A stretch of 54,666 bases of DNA from a virus (IMGVR_UViG_3300017963_000316:1-54666), one strand, 5' to 3'; shown: positions 27,969-37,470, counted from the first letter of the stretch. Notes: generated from the sequence alone by a model not told the origin. A program made the numbers and translations.

Positions 27969-28395
27969 ACCAGTTAATACTAGCCTTGACTTAACTCATC
28001 TATTTGAGGAAATGTCACGTATCAGACAGGAGAACAACGGAGCAGGAATAGCCGCCCCACAACTTGGTGAGCTACTTCGTATAATCAACTTTGTGTATAA
28101 AGGTAGAGAAGTCACGGTAGTAAATCCTGTTATCAAACATAAAAAGGGTGCTGTGTTAATTGACGAGGGGTGTTTAAGCATTCCTGATTTTATCTACCAA
28201 GTAAAAAGACCAACATCTCTTACGTTGTTTGGTGAAGATACGCATGGTGAACCTGTGAAGTTTAAGTGCGATATTAACCATGCTTACATTGTGGAACATG
28301 AGGTAGACCACTTGAACGGAATACTGATTGATGTGAAGGGAAAGCTTGTTGGTACAAAAGAAGAAAGGAAGGTGGATAAATTAGCATGGAGTTAG
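27925..28395 (+). CDS. def: peptide deformylase
   Basis: GAGIAAPQLG, EGCLS, EHEVDHLNG motifs. Confidence 0.95.
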   Translation: MLRKIPDPILRKKSKPVNTSLDLTHLFEEMSRIRQENNGAGIAAPQLGELLRIINFVYKGREVTVVNPVIKHKKGAVLIDEGCLSIPDFIYQVKRPTSLTLFGEDTHGEPVKFKCDINHAYIVEHEVDHLNGILIDVKGKLVGTKEERKVDKLAWS

Positions 28396-28814
28396 CAATT
28401 TGTCATGATTGTGGAGCAAAAGAGGGTGAGTATCATAAATTAGGTTGTGATATGGAAAGGTGTCCATTTTGTGGGCATCAATTGATAAGTTGTGAGTGCT
28501 GTTACGAATTACTGGGGATTGATGTGTCAGTAGGAACTTGGGCATACGAGAATGGACTGACTGAGGAACAAGAAGAGAAGTTTTTTGAGTTGTGTGAACA
28601 GAAGGGCAGAATTCCTTGGGTTCAAATTCCAGTTCTATGTGCTCTATGCGGGGAAGTCTTTCCAGACATGTTTATTGTACCAGACGAAGAATGGCAGAAA
28701 TTTGTAATACCAGAACTACAATATGAAGTTCTATGTCGTCATTGCTACGACAGACAAAAAGAGTTATTTCCTAATGGATGGCGAAACGCACAATCCCATC
28801 CAAGAGGTAGGTAA
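28386..28814 (+). CDS. Cys-rich hypothetical protein
   Basis: CHDCG...GEYHKLGCDMERCPFCG.QLISC. Confidence 0.75.
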   Translation: MELAICHDCGAKEGEYHKLGCDMERCPFCGHQLISCECCYELLGIDVSVGTWAYENGLTEEQEEKFFELCEQKGRIPWVQIPVLCALCGEVFPDMFIVPDEEWQKFVIPELQYEVLCRHCYDRQKELFPNGWRNAQSHPRGR

Positions 28815-29147
28815 GTGAACAAATATGAATTTACAGGAAGTCTACCGATATGCACTAAAGCTGGTATACCTGTAGCAGATAGTTTTACTCGCATTGTACA
28901 CGGTGGACGTGGTGCATATGTTGAATTTGATGATGTAAAGAATGTGTTTATACCAGATAAGGAACAGTGGAGGTTGAGGTCAGACAGAGCATTCTATGTT
29001 GAACATAGGACTTTTGATGGTGTAAAAGTATACCACCAGAAAAAACCTGTAGATTATGCTGATTATAAAGTAGGGAAGTGGTACATTTCACCACTATATT
29101 TAGATGATTTTGAGGTAGTAGGAAAATATGATAATAATGAACCCTAA
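28815..29147 (+). CDS. hypothetical protein
   Basis: RIVHGGRGAYVEF...VDYADYKVGKWYISP. Confidence 0.75.
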   Translation: MNKYEFTGSLPICTKAGIPVADSFTRIVHGGRGAYVEFDDVKNVFIPDKEQWRLRSDRAFYVEHRTFDGVKVYHQKKPVDYADYKVGKWYISPLYLDDFEVVGKYDNNEP

Positions 29148-29601
29148 TTTCTTCGATTGGGAAGAATTGAAAATGCGTGGTAAGGTCATTGCAGAATCAG
29201 GATATTTTGACCCTCCACATCCAGAACACCTATCTTATTTTAGAGAAGGTAAGAAACTCGGTGACATTCTTGTTATTATCCTGAACACCGATGAGCAGTT
29301 ACTACTAAAACGTAAAGGTACTGCACTGGAAGGTATAATAAGGTATCCATTTGAGGATAGAGCAATCATTGTGAACGAGTTCAAACCTGTTGACATTGTT
29401 GTTCGCTCAATAGATAAGGATGCTAGTATAGCAAAGACACTGAGGTTAATTAAACCTCACGTATTCGCAAAAGGTGGAGATAGGACAATTGATACTCTAC
29501 CAAAAGCAGAGATAGATACAGCTAAAGAAGTAGGTTATGAGATAATTTGTAATGTGGGAAATCCCAAAGAACATTCTAGCTCATGGTACAAGTGGGAATA
29601 A
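29128..29601 (+). CDS. cytidylyltransferase-family nucleotidyltransferase (RfaE/TagD-like)
   Basis: SGYFDPPHPEH (HxGH variant), FAKGGDR, HSSSW. Confidence 0.8.
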   Translation: MIIMNPNFFDWEELKMRGKVIAESGYFDPPHPEHLSYFREGKKLGDILVIILNTDEQLLLKRKGTALEGIIRYPFEDRAIIVNEFKPVDIVVRSIDKDASIAKTLRLIKPHVFAKGGDRTIDTLPKAEIDTAKEVGYEIICNVGNPKEHSSSWYKWE

Positions 29602-29602
29602 G

Positions 29603-30970
29603 ATGGACAAGCTACTAAACAAGATTGCAAAGAAGTTCAACAAGCAAGGCTACGAACTTTATGAAGTTGGTGGTCATGTTCGTGATGCCATTCTCGAAAG
29701 AGAATCTCACGATATTGACCTGGCAACTAACGCACGTCCAGATAAGATAAAGGAACTGCTGGACGAATTTGGTGCTATTTACACTATGGGTGCGGAGTTT
29801 GGTACTATTGGTCTTAATGTAGATGGTCAAACTATCGAGGTAACCACCTTTAGAAAGGAAGTTTACCCTGTTGAATCTCGTAAGCCATCTGTTATCTTTG
29901 GTGACAACCTAGAAGAAGACCTATCAAGACGAGATTTTACCATCAATGCAATAGCACGAAACCCACTGACTGGTGAGATATTTGACCCGTTTAAGGGTAT
30001 AGAAGACATGAAGAAGAAGTTGATAAGAGTTGTAGGTGGAGACGAAAGATTTGACGAAGACCCACTAAGAATGCTTCGTGCAATCCGTTTTGCCTGTGAA
30101 CTTGGTTTCTCACTTGACATAAGAATAGAGCATCCAGAAAGACTGGAAATCATTTCTAAGGAAAGAATTCGTGAAGAACTAAACAAGATTCTTCTATCAA
30201 GACGTGCCTCATATGGTTTCAGAAAGTTGTGTCAAACTGGTCTAATATACTATGTTGCACCAGAGTTCATGGATTTGAAGAACATAGTACAAGGTAAGAA
30301 TCACATAAAGGATGCTTTCGAGCATTCACTACTGGTTCTACACAAGGGTACTAAGGTTGATGCTGGTGACAGAAACCTAATATTTCGTCTTGCCTGCATC
30401 TTCCATGACATCGGTAAGCCAGAAACTAAGATAGAAGATGATGACGGTGTTCACTTCTACTCACATCACAATGTGGGTGCAAGAAAGGCAAGAAAGATAC
30501 TACGCAGACTTCGTTATGATAACGAAACTGTTAATGCCGTTTGCCACCTAATCAAGTACCACATGACTCCAATTGTTCTACAAAGAGAAATTCAAAACGG
30601 CAGAATAAAGAAGAGAATCATCATGCGACTGGTAAGAAAGGTCGGTGAAGATAACATTTACCTACTGTTGGATTTGGTGAAGTGTGACATTCGTTCTTCA
30701 AAGAACCCACGTTACAAGTTCGTTACTATACTAATGAGACTGGTAAATGAGTGCATGAAGGAACAACCAGATACTCTAACTTCACCTATTGATGGTAAGG
30801 AAATCATGGCAGAGTTTGAACTTGAACCAGGTAAGTTTGTGGGTGAGATTAAGAGACATTTGACTAACCTTGTTATTGATGGTAAGCTAGATAAGGATGA
30901 CAGGGAAGGTGCATTTGCAGAAGCGAGGGATTACATATATGAGCGAAGAAAAGGAATTGGAGCAGTTTAA
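29603..30970 (+). CDS. cca: CCA tRNA nucleotidyltransferase with HD domain
   Basis: VGGHVRD, DIDLAT, RRDFTINA, EDPLRMLRA.RF, ERIREEL, FHDIGK. Confidence 0.92.
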   Translation: MDKLLNKIAKKFNKQGYELYEVGGHVRDAILERESHDIDLATNARPDKIKELLDEFGAIYTMGAEFGTIGLNVDGQTIEVTTFRKEVYPVESRKPSVIFGDNLEEDLSRRDFTINAIARNPLTGEIFDPFKGIEDMKKKLIRVVGGDERFDEDPLRMLRAIRFACELGFSLDIRIEHPERLEIISKERIREELNKILLSRRASYGFRKLCQTGLIYYVAPEFMDLKNIVQGKNHIKDAFEHSLLVLHKGTKVDAGDRNLIFRLACIFHDIGKPETKIEDDDGVHFYSHHNVGARKARKILRRLRYDNETVNAVCHLIKYHMTPIVLQREIQNGRIKKRIIMRLVRKVGEDNIYLLLDLVKCDIRSSKNPRYKFVTILMRLVNECMKEQPDTLTSPIDGKEIMAEFELEPGKFVGEIKRHLTNLVIDGKLDKDDREGAFAEARDYIYERRKGIGAV

Positions 30971-31172
30971 GCAGGAATTCACTCAGGGTTACATTGATGC
31001 CTACCTTGACAGACTGCTTGACCTACGTAATAAAATAAAAGCCGCCACCAGTTTTGGTGAAGTCCAAACGCTGATGGAAAGAGAACAAGAATTCTTGCAC
31101 ACCGAATTTGGTGTACCAAGGAGAGAAGATGCCACAGAGAAGAAAGAAGAACCCAATCCCACAGAGAAATAA
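30939..31172 (+). CDS. hypothetical protein
   Basis: Helical ORF in the operon flow. Confidence 0.55.
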   Translation: MSEEKELEQFKQEFTQGYIDAYLDRLLDLRNKIKAATSFGEVQTLMEREQEFLHTEFGVPRREDATEKKEEPNPTEK

Positions 31173-31297
31173 GGTACAACCCCTCTCAAAACCACCGACC
31201 CCCCAAATACCAGAACAACCTGTGGTATCACCAGAGGAAGAAGAAGCTATATTAGCAAAAGCTAAAGGTGGGGTTAAGGGTAAGAAAGAGAAAAAAG

Positions 31298-31630
31298 ATG
31301 AAGATACGAAAGCTGATATGCCCAAAGTGTGGGAATACAAAAGAATTTAGAGTTGATGTTCAGCTTCAGTACGTTTCGACATCTTTGACATTTAATGAGG
31401 ATAATGAGGCAGAACTAGACACAGATTTCCCTAATGACGTGGACATCATGTGTCCAGTTTGTGGTGTTTGTGATACAGAGTTAGACTTGTCTATCACTGA
31501 ACCTCATGTCCTCTGTCCTTCGTGCCTACACTATGTAGATGGGGATGTGACAGATGTATGTCCACATAGAGAAAGGAACTATCCCAAGTGCTTTATGTGG
31601 GCAGAGGAAGAAGCAGAGTTGGATTTATGA
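31298..31630 (+). CDS. Zn-ribbon hypothetical protein
   Basis: CPKC...CGVC...CPSC. Confidence 0.6.
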   Translation: MKIRKLICPKCGNTKEFRVDVQLQYVSTSLTFNEDNEAELDTDFPNDVDIMCPVCGVCDTELDLSITEPHVLCPSCLHYVDGDVTDVCPHRERNYPKCFMWAEEEAELDL

Positions 31631-31971
31631 AATGTGAGGAATGTGAATATAGATTCTTGTGTTATACATTGGCAAATACGGAGAGACCACAAAGAGTTAC
31701 AGTAAACTGGAAAATTACAGCAAGCTGTGGTAAATGTCAACATAGTAAATTTGGTACATCAACACAAGGAAGCAGGGTAATACAAAATCCTGCGGGATAT
31801 TGTGAAAAGATGAATGCAATAGTACATAAAGAAAGTGCCATTTGTAACGAAGAAAACTATATGCCACGCAAAATTGCTAACATAGACAAGGTTTACAAAG
31901 AAATAAGAGAGGTACTCGGTACGAAGAATAGAAGGACTAAACTTCCTAAATACTGTGTAATAGAGGAGTAA
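31627..31971 (+). CDS. hypothetical protein with N-terminal Cys module
   Basis: MKCEECEYRFLCYT. Confidence 0.7.
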   Translation: MKCEECEYRFLCYTLANTERPQRVTVNWKITASCGKCQHSKFGTSTQGSRVIQNPAGYCEKMNAIVHKESAICNEENYMPRKIANIDKVYKEIREVLGTKNRRTKLPKYCVIEE

Positions 31972-32045
31972 GGAGATTTTGTTTTGGATATTTGTTATAA
32001 TTATTTTTATAATGGCACTAATTTACGAATTATCGAGGAGCAGAA

Positions 32046-32588
32046 ATGTTTAAATTAGAACCAGCAGATTTAATACTATGCGTAAATGACAGGACTGATT
32101 GGTTTAGCTCATTTAAGCGGTGGGGTTCTGGAAGATATGAGCACATATCAATGTACTTAGGTATGTTCCATGACATCCCAATGTTATATGAGAGCGATGG
32201 TCGTGGTGTAGTAATTCAAAATGTTGCACACCAGACGGGTAGACCAGTTGTTATCATGCGTCCTAAGTTAACGAAGGCACAAAAGAATAAGGTCATTAAG
32301 ACAGCATTCAACATTGCAAGTGATGACAAGTCTTATTATGACTATTTCGGAATCGTCAAGTCCGCAATTCCTAGAATACTTAAAGAGAAATTCTCGTTTT
32401 TACCAATACCTTCTCAGTATGTCAGAGATGCGATGATGATTTGTTCAGAAGCTACAGCAGAACCATTTTGGAGAAATGAGATTATGGTTCTCCCACAAGA
32501 TGTTATACCACTCCCTACAGATTACTTTACAAACCCAATCTTGGAGTATGCCTATGAGGGTAAACTGCTCGAAGATATTAGTGGCTAA
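32046..32588 (+). CDS. permuted papain-like (YiiX/YebB NlpC/P60) amidase/peptidase
   Basis: LEPADLIL, YEHISMY, YYDY, ICSE (His before Cys). Confidence 0.75.
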   Translation: MFKLEPADLILCVNDRTDWFSSFKRWGSGRYEHISMYLGMFHDIPMLYESDGRGVVIQNVAHQTGRPVVIMRPKLTKAQKNKVIKTAFNIASDDKSYYDYFGIVKSAIPRILKEKFSFLPIPSQYVRDAMMICSEATAEPFWRNEIMVLPQDVIPLPTDYFTNPILEYAYEGKLLEDISG

Positions 32589-32656
32589 ATAGCCGTTCGA
32601 CTCGGTTAGAATGCTCAGAATATGATTTTGAGCTTTCAATGTCTAATTTTAGGCAT

Positions 32657-32692
32657 AAAAAAAGAAGCTCAGGGAATATTACTCCTGAGCTT
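32657..32692 (-). terminator. intrinsic terminator at the convergence of the two arms
   Basis: AAGCTCAGG/CCTGAGCTT hairpin next to an A7 tract (U-tract on the - strand). Confidence 0.75.
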
Positions 32693-32755
32693 ACTTTCTG
32701 CCCGTAGCTATCGGGACTTCATCGGCAACTTTCAAAAATTTTTTTCAACATTTTT

Positions 32756-32833
32756 TGGTTGCGGAGGTAGGACTCGAACCTACAACCTGCTGATTCAAAG
32801 TCAGCCGTCCAAACCAATTTAGACTACTCCGCA
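32756..32833 (-). tRNA. tRNA-Gln(UUG)
   Basis: Cloverleaf; anticodon arm GCTGA-CTTTGAA-TCAGC; CCA encoded. Confidence 0.9.
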
Positions 32834-32837
32834 ATAG

Positions 32838-33193
32838 TAAGCAGACCCGTAAGCCGAATTCTGTTTTATGTGAACATTTGTCTTGACTCAATGTTACCAT
32901 TGAATTCCTTGCCACCCACCCAAGACTATAGAGTGTAGCCCTCAGTCTTTGCTTGGTGTTGCACCAGATGGAGATTGCCCGTTTCACTCTCGTTAGAGTC
33001 AGGTGTTTGGGGAGCAGGTTGAAGATTCCCTTACTCTCCCTACCTAGACTACGCTTATCTTCCGAAGCCCTTTTCTAACAAGACTCGTCTCTGTTGCTCT
33101 AATCGTCAGATTACTCTGCCAGGGTGTTACCCTGCATCCTGCTCGTTGGTGTTCGGACTTTCCTCTCCGTAGAGCGTTCACTCAGTCTGCTTA
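32838..33193 (-). ncRNA. rnpB: RNase P RNA
   Basis: GAGGAAAGTCCG, GCAACAGAGA, GTGAAACG and ACAGAATTCGGCTTA conserved boxes; P1 TAAGCAGAC/GTCTGCTTA. Confidence 0.92.
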
Positions 33194-33337
33194 TGTTTTT
33201 TAGCATCTAACCTGCAAGCTCTCCTACAAACAGTTAAGCATATAGGAATACAAATACACAAGTCAATTGCTACATGTATTAGAATTTCAATTAATGAAAT
33301 AGTAATCCCGAAAATTATAAATTCAATCATTTTCTTT

Positions 33338-33425
33338 TGGCGGAGGGTGCAGGATTCGAACCTGCGGGGCTGTTATACCCTTCTGTTTTCAAGACAGCTA
33401 CAATAAACCGCTCTGCCAACCCTCC
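33338..33425 (-). tRNA. tRNA-Ser(UGA)
   Basis: Long variable arm; loop CTTGAAA; GCCA end. Confidence 0.92.
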
Positions 33426-33538
33426 ATTATTTAATTTTAAGAAGCTCTAAACTGGCTTCTTCAATTAATTTCGTGCGATATGGAGATTCTAGTTTAGTTA
33501 TATATGGGTCATCAATTTGTACCACTTTTAATAGTAGC

Positions 33539-33907
33539 TTACTCAGAATCTCTCGTATCTGTTTCAGCTTTTGTTCTTTCTTCCCTGCCATAGTCATCCT
33601 CTAGTCTGACAACATCTTCAACTTCTGGTGTGGAGACTTCAATTATCCCCATATCACTGTCAGTTGCTTCTATACGATGTTTGGTGTAAGGTGGGATATG
33701 TTGAACATCACCTTCATTGAAAGGAATAACAGTTTTGTTAAGTACAATAATACCTTGACCACGAATCACTAACAGTGTTTCTTCCTTAACCTTATGGTAT
33801 TGATAACTTAATCTACTACCCTTCTCGACAAAAATATACTTACCAACGTACTTATCTGTTTGAGCAAACCAAATCTCATAACCCCAAGGTTTCCTAACTT
33901 TCTGCAT
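33539..33907 (-). CDS. cupin (type II phosphomannose isomerase-like)
   Basis: KPWGYE, RLSYQYH..KEET, HRIEA, EVSTPE. Confidence 0.85.
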   Translation of the reverse strand: MQKVRKPWGYEIWFAQTDKYVGKYIFVEKGSRLSYQYHKVKEETLLVIRGQGIIVLNKTVIPFNEGDVQHIPPYTKHRIEATDSDMGIIEVSTPEVEDVVRLEDDYGREERTKAETDTRDSE

Positions 33908-34132
33908 CTAACCTATTTCCTCTCCTAGCCTAATACGAAGTGGAATTACACCATATATCAAAATTGCATATTCAGGTAGTTGGTTCTTAATGTCTACAAA
34001 TGATGCAATTACATAATAATCATCGTTATCAAAGCAATGAATATACTCTTTAGAATTCAACCAATCAGATAACTTCTGACGTTCTAAAGCAGTTAAGCAA
34101 GTTTTAGCAACTAAATATGTACTTATGTCCAT
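33908..34132 (-). CDS. hypothetical protein
   Basis: ATG directly after the tRNA-Thr 3' end; stop abuts the next gene. Confidence 0.55.
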   Translation of the reverse strand: MDISTYLVAKTCLTALERQKLSDWLNSKEYIHCFDNDDYYVIASFVDIKNQLPEYAILIYGVIPLRIRLGEEIG

Positions 34133-34133
34133 G

Positions 34134-34207
34134 AGCCGCCGAGAGGAATCGAACCCCCATCCTACCGCTTACAAGGCGATTGCTCAACCAGTACGAGCTA
34201 CGGCGGC
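34134..34207 (-). tRNA. tRNA-Thr(UGU)
   Basis: Loop CTTGTAA; full CCA not encoded. Confidence 0.9.
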
Positions 34208-34579
34208 ATATCTTTCACGTCTCCATGCTCTACCATTTCCTTTGTTCTTACTCTTATATGTCGGGGTTTGTGAGTCACAGTTAGAGCATATTAAACGTAA
34301 GTTTCCAAGTAACCAATTGTCAGCGTTACCGTCTATATGGTCAAGAATAAGCACTATGGGTTCATTTAGCCACTCAGATAACCCACAAATCTCACATCTA
34401 TGACCTCTGGTTTCTATCAAGTACCATTTTTCTCTGCCTGATATTAACCTGTTAGACCTTTCAATCTCTTGTCTACGTAGACTACGTTGGTAATCCATCT
34501 GACATCTAAGACTACAATACTTTAAATTATGGTGCTCCGCACCACAATGTATACATTTCTTTTTACGATACCTGCTCAT
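34184..34579 (-). mobile_element. free-standing HNH (homing) endonuclease gene
   Basis: CEICG...LDHIDGNADN...NLRLICSNCDSQT; between two tRNA-Thr genes. Confidence 0.85.
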
Positions 34580-34580
34580 G

Positions 34581-34651
34581 AGCCACTGGTAAGACTTGAA
34601 CTTACTTCCGTTGTTTACGAAACAACTGCACTACCTATATGCTACAGTGGC
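34581..34651 (-). tRNA. tRNA-Thr(CGU)
   Basis: GTTGT-TTCGTAA-ACAAC; full CCA not encoded. Confidence 0.88.
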
Positions 34652-34795
34652 TAATCAAAATATTCTTGCCTTCCACAAATCCTGTGCATGTGTTTAACTT
34701 GCTGTCTAACCCAACGTCTAATCTTCATGTATCTATGATGAGAAGCTTTATAATGTTTTCGCACTTCTTTGTTTTTTAGAGCTTCTTTTTTAAAC

Positions 34796-35053
34796 TCACG
34801 GAAGTCTGTCATCTTCAGTTATACAACCACTTTCCCAAGTTCCATCAGGATGAATAAGGATAAAAATATCTTCATCACCCAACGTAATTTGTATACCACC
34901 TTCAGATGTTGGAGCGATGAATAGACCTTCAGTGAAGAATTTTGCCATCATTGTTGCTTTCTTGGTAATTGGTAATCCACCATAGCTGTCCCAATCATGC
35001 TCTAGTTCTAGAAAACTATCTATCTTCTTTGCTAGTTCTTTTCTCCAAGGCAT
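34796..35053 (-). CDS. hypothetical protein
   Basis: LEHDWDSYGG...PTSEGGIQ motif. Confidence 0.7.
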   Translation of the reverse strand: MPWRKELAKKIDSFLELEHDWDSYGGLPITKKATMMAKFFTEGLFIAPTSEGGIQITLGDEDIFILIHPDGTWESGCITEDDRLP

Positions 35054-35142
35054 TTCTATAAACCATCCCTATGTTTTTGCCATGCTTTGGTATTCTACTC
35101 TTTCGAGATTCCAGTTTTCGTTCTCTATTAGTTTGTTCGTAT

Positions 35143-35367
35143 TCACCATCCATTTGTAAAACACCTAAAACGCCAATGACACTTCTCACAATCTTTAACG
35201 TCTATTTCTGGTGGTAATCTACCTACGTGCCGAACAATGTTGATACAACTTTTGGTAGGAGTACCACAAGTAGGACAATAATGCCTAGTCGCCGCACCGT
35301 GTCCTACAACTCTAGTCTCACTGCCATTTGCGTACACTTTTTGACACTCAAAGCAGTAATATTTCAT
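35143..35367 (-). CDS. Zn-ribbon protein with C-terminal Cys module
   Basis: DCEKCHWRFRCFTN; ATG overlaps the tRNA CCA. Confidence 0.7.
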   Translation of the reverse strand: MKYYCFECQKVYANGSETRVVGHGAATRHYCPTCGTPTKSCINIVRHVGRLPPEIDVKDCEKCHWRFRCFTNGW

Positions 35368-35442
35368 GGTCAGGGTGGCTGGATTCGAACCAGCGACCTC
35401 CTGAGTCCAGGTCAGGTAGTCTGTCCACTGACGTACACCCTG
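35367..35442 (-). tRNA. tRNA-Pro(UGG) with atypical loop CCUGGAC
   Basis: Cloverleaf with C1-G72 and A73, CCA; C33/A37/C38. Confidence 0.8.
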
Positions 35443-35549
35443 ATAGGGGAAGCAAATGGCTTGGTATCACTTCCCACTTATTCTTTATACGTTTGGTTGA
35501 AACTCGTAGTTTCAATACTCAACACCAGTTCCAAGCAACTAAGTGTATG

Positions 35550-35624
35550 TCGGAATGAAAGGATTTGAACCTTCGACCCCATGCTCCCAAAGCATGTGCT
35601 CTAGCCTGACTGAGCTACACTCCG
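35550..35624 (-). tRNA. tRNA-Pro(UGG)
   Basis: CATGC-TTTGGGA-GCATG; no CCA. Confidence 0.9.
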
Positions 35625-36220
35625 ATGTCAATTACAACAGGTTTATTTACATTTTGGTAGTATTCATTAAGGACAGAAGCATTAACAAATGTTGTCTTAC
35701 CAATTCTTTTCTGCCCCGCTCCTTCGTGAATATGTCCGAAAACATGCACTTTAGGTTCAATCATGCTTGACCGCTCAAGTAAAGACTTTGAACCAAGATG
35801 ACTGCCACTTATACTGTAATCAAGGATTCCTTTTGGTGGACTATGCGTGATAAGAACATCAACCTTATCTGGAATACATTTCCAAATATCTGCTAGTCTT
35901 TCTTCAGACCTCATAAATGCCCAACCACCAAACCTTGATGTGTAAGGAGATGCCCAAAATATAAGACCATCAATTATAACAGCTTCGCTTATTAACATCG
36001 TAGCATTTATTATGATGTTCCTGTCACTCTCAAGGTAGAAATCGTGATTACCTGGTGTGAATAAAATATGTCTAAATTTTAAAGTACCAAGCCACGCATC
36101 AAATCTTTCAACTTCTTCTCTAGTCCCGTTGGACGTGGCATCACCTGCATGGATTAAAATATCACCATCGGGAAGTTCAGGAGTACGATTATGCGTGTCT
36201 GCTATTAAAACAATCCTCAT
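35615..36220 (-). CDS. metallophosphoesterase (calcineurin-like)
   Basis: ADTH, HAGD, PGNHD, THSPP, FGHIHE. Confidence 0.9.
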   Translation of the reverse strand: MRIVLIADTHNRTPELPDGDILIHAGDATSNGTREEVERFDAWLGTLKFRHILFTPGNHDFYLESDRNIIINATMLISEAVIIDGLIFWASPYTSRFGGWAFMRSEERLADIWKCIPDKVDVLITHSPPKGILDYSISGSHLGSKSLLERSSMIEPKVHVFGHIHEGAGQKRIGKTTFVNASVLNEYYQNVNKPVVIDIGV

Positions 36221-36227
36221 ATTATTT

Positions 36228-36301
36228 TGGTGGAGGTTACGAGACTCGAACTCGTCTTTTCTCATTGCAAGTGAGAGGTTCTCCCACTGAACTAAACCCC
36301 C
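36228..36301 (-). tRNA. tRNA-Ala(UGC)
   Basis: G3:U70; loop CTTGCAA; CCA. Confidence 0.92.
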
Positions 36302-36334
36302 ATTCTATACGAATTAGCTATTGAGCTTCACCCG

Positions 36335-36634
36335 TTATCCAACCTCGTCTACATATTTTCTGTTGTGGGTAATTCTTGCTTGTGTCATACTTGGTATTCT
36401 TTTTTCATCACCAGCCCTGTGTGTCCAACACCAAAATCTATTCTGGCAATCTTTACACTGTTCTTTAACCTTGACCCTTCCATTCAGCAAAGCCCACCAA
36501 CAAGTGGTGAGTTTAGTTCCACATACAGGACAACTAAGATTAAAGTCTGGTAATAACAACACGTCACAAACAGTACAGTATAATCGTTTTGGTTGTATTA
36601 GCTTTTCCATTCCTATATGCCAACAAGTTGTCAT
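36335..36634 (-). CDS. Zn-ribbon protein with Cys module
   Basis: QCKDCQNRFWCWTH; ATG overlaps the tRNA-Tyr CCA. Confidence 0.65.
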   Translation of the reverse strand: MTTCWHIGMEKLIQPKRLYCTVCDVLLLPDFNLSCPVCGTKLTTCWWALLNGRVKVKEQCKDCQNRFWCWTHRAGDEKRIPSMTQARITHNRKYVDEVG

Positions 36635-36720
36635 GGTGGGTTAGATAGGATTTGAACCTACTTAGTCCGAAGACGCCAGTTTTACAGACTGGTGCGACTC
36701 CCCATCTTCGCCGCTAACCC
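36634..36720 (-). tRNA. tRNA-Tyr(GUA)
   Basis: Long variable arm; loop CTGTAAA; CCA. Confidence 0.92.
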
Positions 36721-36769
36721 ATAAATAGGTAACGTTCCTGTAGGCATTTCTACCCACAGGATACATTCC

Positions 36770-36845
36770 TGGTGCCGACTAGAGGAGTCGAACCTCTTAC
36801 ACCTGGTGCTTCACGCCAGTGCTCTACCACATGAGCTTAGTCGGC
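36770..36845 (-). tRNA. tRNA-Phe(GAA)
   Basis: Cloverleaf; loop GTGAAGC; CCA. Confidence 0.85.
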
Positions 36846-36849
36846 ATAA

Positions 36850-36999
36850 ATCTGAGCGTTGGGCAGACTGTCTACCTTCCACAGAGCCTAGATTACTAGC
36901 ATGGAGGCTAAACTCCTAATCCAATAACTCTGGTTAGATTTTCCCCGACCTGCCACATCCTGCGGGCTAGTTAGACAATACCTGCTTACTAACTCAGAT
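36850..36999 (-). ncRNA. candidate rod-shaped structured RNA (6S-like?)
   Basis: Nested pairings ATCTGAG/CTCAGAT, GCAGG/TCTGC, TGTCTA/TAGACA, bubble, TGGATTA/TAATCTA. Confidence 0.5.
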
Positions 37000-37007
37000 G
37001 TCCCGAT

Positions 37008-37382
37008 TTAGGAAAATTTCTTCAGGAGTTTCTCCAAACGTGCTACTTCACCATTGGTTGTTCCAGCATTAGCTTTTGAAACGTTGATAGCTTGCTCGTT
37101 CTTCCTCTTGGTAGCTTCCCTCTCAGCTTTCAAGCGTGCGATACCCTGCTTCGTTTCCTCATCATTGCGAGCATCCTCGGTCTTGATTTTAGCGATTTGT
37201 CTCTCAGATGCAATAACATCTTTGTTGAGAGCCGCTATAGCCTCTTGACCTTCGGGTACTACGGTAAGAGGTAAATCCACAATCGCACACACACCCTTGA
37301 TTGTCCGTACATCGGACTTTTTGAAGCCTACCTCAGCTTCATAGCGTTCGAGTTCCCTTAACCCAAATTTCTCAGCAGTCAT
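37008..37382 (-). CDS. coiled-coil hypothetical protein
   Basis: AAGGA RBS; first gene after a promoter. Confidence 0.75.
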   Translation of the reverse strand: MTAEKFGLRELERYEAEVGFKKSDVRTIKGVCAIVDLPLTVVPEGQEAIAALNKDVIASERQIAKIKTEDARNDEETKQGIARLKAEREATKRKNEQAINVSKANAGTTNGEVARLEKLLKKFS

Positions 37383-37424
37383 TTCCGTTCCTTTCCTTTA
37401 TTTAGAATTTTTCATTCTACCTAT

Positions 37425-37456
37425 ATTATACCATATGCCAAGTGAGATGTCAAGCC
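37425..37456 (-). promoter_or_regulatory. sigma70-type promoter with extended -10
   Basis: GGCTTGACA TCTCACTTGGCATA TGG TATAAT. Confidence 0.85.
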
Positions 37457-37470
37457 CTTTCTACGGCTTG

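Noticed and set aside
403-32639. - strand ORFs in the left arm
   Set aside because: They are antisense to well-supported, tightly coupled + strand genes, have biased Ser/Phe/Leu-rich composition, and have no promoters in that orientation that I could find.
36228-36301. Possible tmRNA (G3:U70 acceptor stem)
   Set aside because: This is a complete 74-nt tRNA-Ala cloverleaf; I found no tmRNA-length element with a tag ORF in the window.
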